A stretch of DNA of 64,000 nucleotides from a virus: the IMG/VR virus record IMGVR_UViG_3300035670_000034, positions 1-64,000 of that record. One strand, given 5' to 3'. The position numbers were made by a program, and so were the translations under genes. Position 1 is the first letter of the stretch. Every line of letters starts with the position of its first letter. This document shows positions 61,861 to 64,000 of the stretch, piece by piece. Under the pieces are notes generated by a model. It had not been told where the DNA came from, made no database searches, and saw nothing but the letters and a program-made list of their open reading frames with translations.

Positions 61861-62129
61861 AACAACGCCTAACCCCTGACGAAATTGACGCTCGACTCAA
61901 GTTTGTTGTCGGTTGTGTTTTGGCTGCTGTTCTCACTATCACCACCGTTGGTGTCCTCTATGCTCTTGTATTCGTAACACAGCCCATAGGCGCGCAAGCA
62001 GAGAACGACAAAATGTTTTTTGGAGTTCTATCATCCGTGGCAACTTTTATTACTGGAACACTTGCTGGATTAATGATTTCAACTGGAAGAAATGGAAAAA
62101 ATGATGATGAACAACAAGACTTGGGCTGA
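61857..62129 (+). CDS. Two-TM membrane protein (holin-like, 90 aa)
   Basis: Two hydrophobic helices; overlaps the lysin stop. Confidence 0.55.
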   Translation: MKQRLTPDEIDARLKFVVGCVLAAVLTITTVGVLYALVFVTQPIGAQAENDKMFFGVLSSVATFITGTLAGLMISTGRNGKNDDEQQDLG

Positions 62130-62493
62130 ATATAAGGGCGAAATAAAGGGGGTTCGATTTGAATCCCACGAAATGCAGGAGATGGCTGACCCCACCTCCA
62201 CCAAGCCACCGTATTACCCCCCAGCAGAACAGGAATTCATTTCCGCAATGCAAGTTATTGCCAGGAGGTTCGGGAAATTAGCCGACAATGATGGCAACGG
62301 GATTTGGGTTGGCTACGTTGACAAGAAGAACAACGACAACTACTCAAAGGGCATTTACTGTGAGCACTGCGCACACTACGAATCAGAAAAAGTATGCAAG
62401 ATTATTGCGGCAAAGATAGAGCCGGGTGGCTACTGCAGACTGGCTGCAATCCCTTCGGAAAAAGTGACTATAAAAGGCAAAAAGAAGAACTAA
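62092..62493 (+). CDS. Hypothetical protein with HiPIP-like four-Cys motif (start may be 62101-62107)
   Basis: CEHCAHY...CKII...IEPGGYC. Confidence 0.6.
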   Translation: MEKMMMNNKTWAEYKGEIKGVRFESHEMQEMADPTSTKPPYYPPAEQEFISAMQVIARRFGKLADNDGNGIWVGYVDKKNNDNYSKGIYCEHCAHYESEKVCKIIAAKIEPGGYCRLAAIPSEKVTIKGKKKN

Positions 62494-62594
62494 ATCTTAA
62501 TCTGCCCATAATCTCCGTCATAATTCTCAACTGCTCTCTTGACGGCAACATGCAGGGCCCCATACATGGTCAGTGCGATTAGTGCTAAAATCAT
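62490..62594 (-). CDS. Putative small membrane peptide (34 aa)
   Basis: MILALIALTMYGALHVAVKRAVENYDGDYGQIKI*, with CATAAT 8 nt upstream of the ATG; 4-nt convergent overlap with the previous gene. Confidence 0.35.
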   Translation of the reverse strand: MILALIALTMYGALHVAVKRAVENYDGDYGQIKI

Positions 62595-62665
62595 AGGGAA
62601 AGATTATGGACAAAAACCCACCCACCATGGTGGAACTATGGGGTAGCATTTGTCACTAGGCACTT

Positions 62666-62803
62666 ATGAAAAAAATTAAAGACGACATAACGGTTATGGC
62701 AAAATTCTTTGTATTTCTGCCTTTTATCGTTTTCTCAATGCTGAAAATGGCCATAAAGGTGCGCAAGGATATGAGCCACCCCAATCCGGAAATGTGGGAG
62801 TAA
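62666..62803 (+). CDS. Putative small protein (45 aa)
   Basis: MKKIKDDITVMAKFFVFLPFIVFSMLKMAIKVRKDMSHPNPEMWE*; ends 2 nt before the MazG ATG. Confidence 0.35.
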   Translation: MKKIKDDITVMAKFFVFLPFIVFSMLKMAIKVRKDMSHPNPEMWE

Positions 62804-62805
62804 AC

Positions 62806-63135
62806 ATGGTCGGATTTAACGATTATCAAGCAGCAACAGAATCAACTGCCGTATACCCAAAGGACAAGGCTCTTGAGTATCTAGTTCTTGGATTGACGTC
62901 CGAGGCTGGCGAGGTGGCAGGAAAATTAAAGAAAATCATTAGAGATAATGAGTCTGTTGTCGGCATCCATGAGCAACAGGTGATTTGCAAAGAACTTGGT
63001 GATGTCCTTTGGTACATCGCCCAGATTGCTCTGGAACTTAACACAACCCTAGAAACAGTGGCGATGATGAACATCGAAAAATTATCTGACCGAAAGACGC
63101 GAGGCGTAATTGGTGGCAGCGGCGATAGTCGCTAA
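62806..63135 (+). CDS. mazG: MazG-like nucleotide pyrophosphohydrolase (about 109 aa)
   Basis: LGLTSEAGEVAGKLKK, KELGDVLWY and NIEKL..RK.RGVIGGSGD. Confidence 0.9.
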   Translation: MVGFNDYQAATESTAVYPKDKALEYLVLGLTSEAGEVAGKLKKIIRDNESVVGIHEQQVICKELGDVLWYIAQIALELNTTLETVAMMNIEKLSDRKTRGVIGGSGDSR

Positions 63136-63380
63136 CCAAGTATTTTTCTATATAGGTCTGAAAGGGCTTCGTTTGGCGTTTTGCCAAGTCCAATCTTTTC
63201 TTTATTTTCAATAAACCAGTTATTGCATTCCGAGTCGTCGCCGTGTGCGTCAAATGGAACGGCATCACACTCAGCAACCGCAAACCAATTGGCGCCGAAT
63301 TCGTATGTCCCCTGATAGCGAGCCTCGAATATCGCAATTGGCCAAAGGGAGAGTTTTGAAGATTCCGAGTATTCTTCCAT
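63132..63380 (-). CDS. Hypothetical protein (82 aa)
   Basis: WPIAIFEARYQGTYE...IGLGKTPNEAL; convergent 4-nt overlap with mazG. Confidence 0.6.
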   Translation of the reverse strand: MEEYSESSKLSLWPIAIFEARYQGTYEFGANWFAVAECDAVPFDAHGDDSECNNWFIENKEKIGLGKTPNEALSDLYRKILG

Positions 63381-63395
63381 CCAGACAGTCTAGCG

Positions 63396-63468
63396 CGCCC
63401 CCGCCAGGGCTCGAACCTGGAACCTACTGATTAGAAGTCAGTTGCGCTATCCATTGCGCCACGAGGGC
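63396..63468 (-). tRNA. tRNA-Arg, anticodon UCU (reads AGA); CCA not encoded
   Basis: GCCCTCG TGGCGCAATGGATAGCGC A ACTGA CT-TCT-AA TCAGT AGGT TCCAGG TTCGAGC CCTGG CGGGGGC G forms a complete cloverleaf. Confidence 0.92.
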
Positions 63469-63479
63469 CTACCGAAATA

Positions 63480-64000
63480 TTACTTAATCGGGCAGGCGCC
63501 AGTCGCGCAGTCATCCATGGTCAGTTCGCCGTCAAAAGAACGCTGAACAAGCGGAATCGACATGTCAATCTTTGATACTGCCTTTTCGTATTCCTCTTTT
63601 GTTGTCTCCTCGTATGGGGGGAGCGGGAAATTGTGGTCGGTATGCAAAAGGAACGACACGGATTTCACCGAACTGTCGTAGTTTTTGGACAGCCATTCCT
63701 TGATTTCAGGTAGTTCCTCAAGTCGGTAGTAAACGGTAACCGACACGGCGTTGTCGGCCCAAATCGTCTGCATTTTCTTCACCCACTCCAACTGCTGAAC
63801 GGCGGTCATCTCAGAAGCGAGGATTGCGTTGTCTGGAGACTTGCACGGGAAGTCAACCACGTAACGCGTGTGGTCTTCTCGGCCATCGATACCAATATCC
63901 CACTGCACTTTGTAGCCACGCTTGCGGCAAGCCTCAACAAGTGGGTCAGAAGACCCGAATCGAACACGGCGCGTGTAGTACTTAGCGTATGCGGGGTGGA
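63480..64000 (-). CDS. nrdJ: Class II (adenosylcobalamin) ribonucleotide reductase, C-terminal part; runs off the right edge
   Basis: HPAYAKYYTRRVR, WADNAVSVTVYY, VKSVSFL, PYEE.TKEEY and C-terminal DCATGACPIK Cys pair. Confidence 0.9.
   Translation of the reverse strand, partial: HPAYAKYYTRRVRFGSSDPLVEACRKRGYKVQWDIGIDGREDHTRYVVDFPCKSPDNAILASEMTAVQQLEWVKKMQTIWADNAVSVTVYYRLEELPEIKEWLSKNYDSSVKSVSFLLHTDHNFPLPPYEETTKEEYEKAVSKIDMSIPLVQRSFDGELTMDDCATGACPIK

Noticed and set aside
59805-63135. Thermonuclease, MazG and class II RNR as novel systems
   Set aside because: Common accessory genes of large aquatic phages; nothing unusual in their motifs.
1-64000. Stop-codon reassignment, introns or inteins
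   Set aside because: TAA, TAG and TGA all terminate well-formed genes. Terminase, portal and capsid have normal lengths, and no intein or intron signatures are visible. The giant genes are intact ORFs.

Overview
A 64-kb segment of a large dsDNA tailed phage with a contractile tail (myovirus). The host is probably a freshwater actinobacterium; this is inferred from an actinophage-type holin, a GH25 lysin, leaderless-looking genes and GC-rich codons in the most abundant virion proteins. Standard genetic code. The left arm (1-27065, minus strand) runs terminase, then a recombination block (Rad52/22-like, PD-(D/E)XK exonuclease, HNH, RuvC-like, UvsY-like), then ParB/IbrA/IbrB-like genes, neck, sheath, tube, a G/GT-type frameshifted chaperone, tape measure with a C-terminal M15-type peptidase, baseplate, holin and tail fibres. 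The right arm (27119-63135, plus strand) runs portal, a 1225-aa prohead protease, about 22 kb of giant head-module proteins (451, 3039, 688, 2206 and 877 aa), an HK97-fold major capsid protein, small head/lysis genes, a GH25 endolysin and MazG. The window ends with tRNA-Arg(UCU) and the C-terminus of a class II ribonucleotide reductase. The most striking feature is the head module. The protease and three giant proteins share N-terminal anchor-like modules and carry 22 copies of a G-L-x-S-S-T-type peptide, conserved at protein level but not at DNA level. These copies often fall at the borders of enzymatic domains (zincin peptidases, DEDDh exonuclease, ART-like folds, KTSC, HipA-like kinase, HTH, zeta-toxin-like kinase). 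This suggests, as inference, a polyprotein effector-cargo system that is packaged into the head and cut into separate effectors. All domain calls come from motif recognition by eye; no searches were run.
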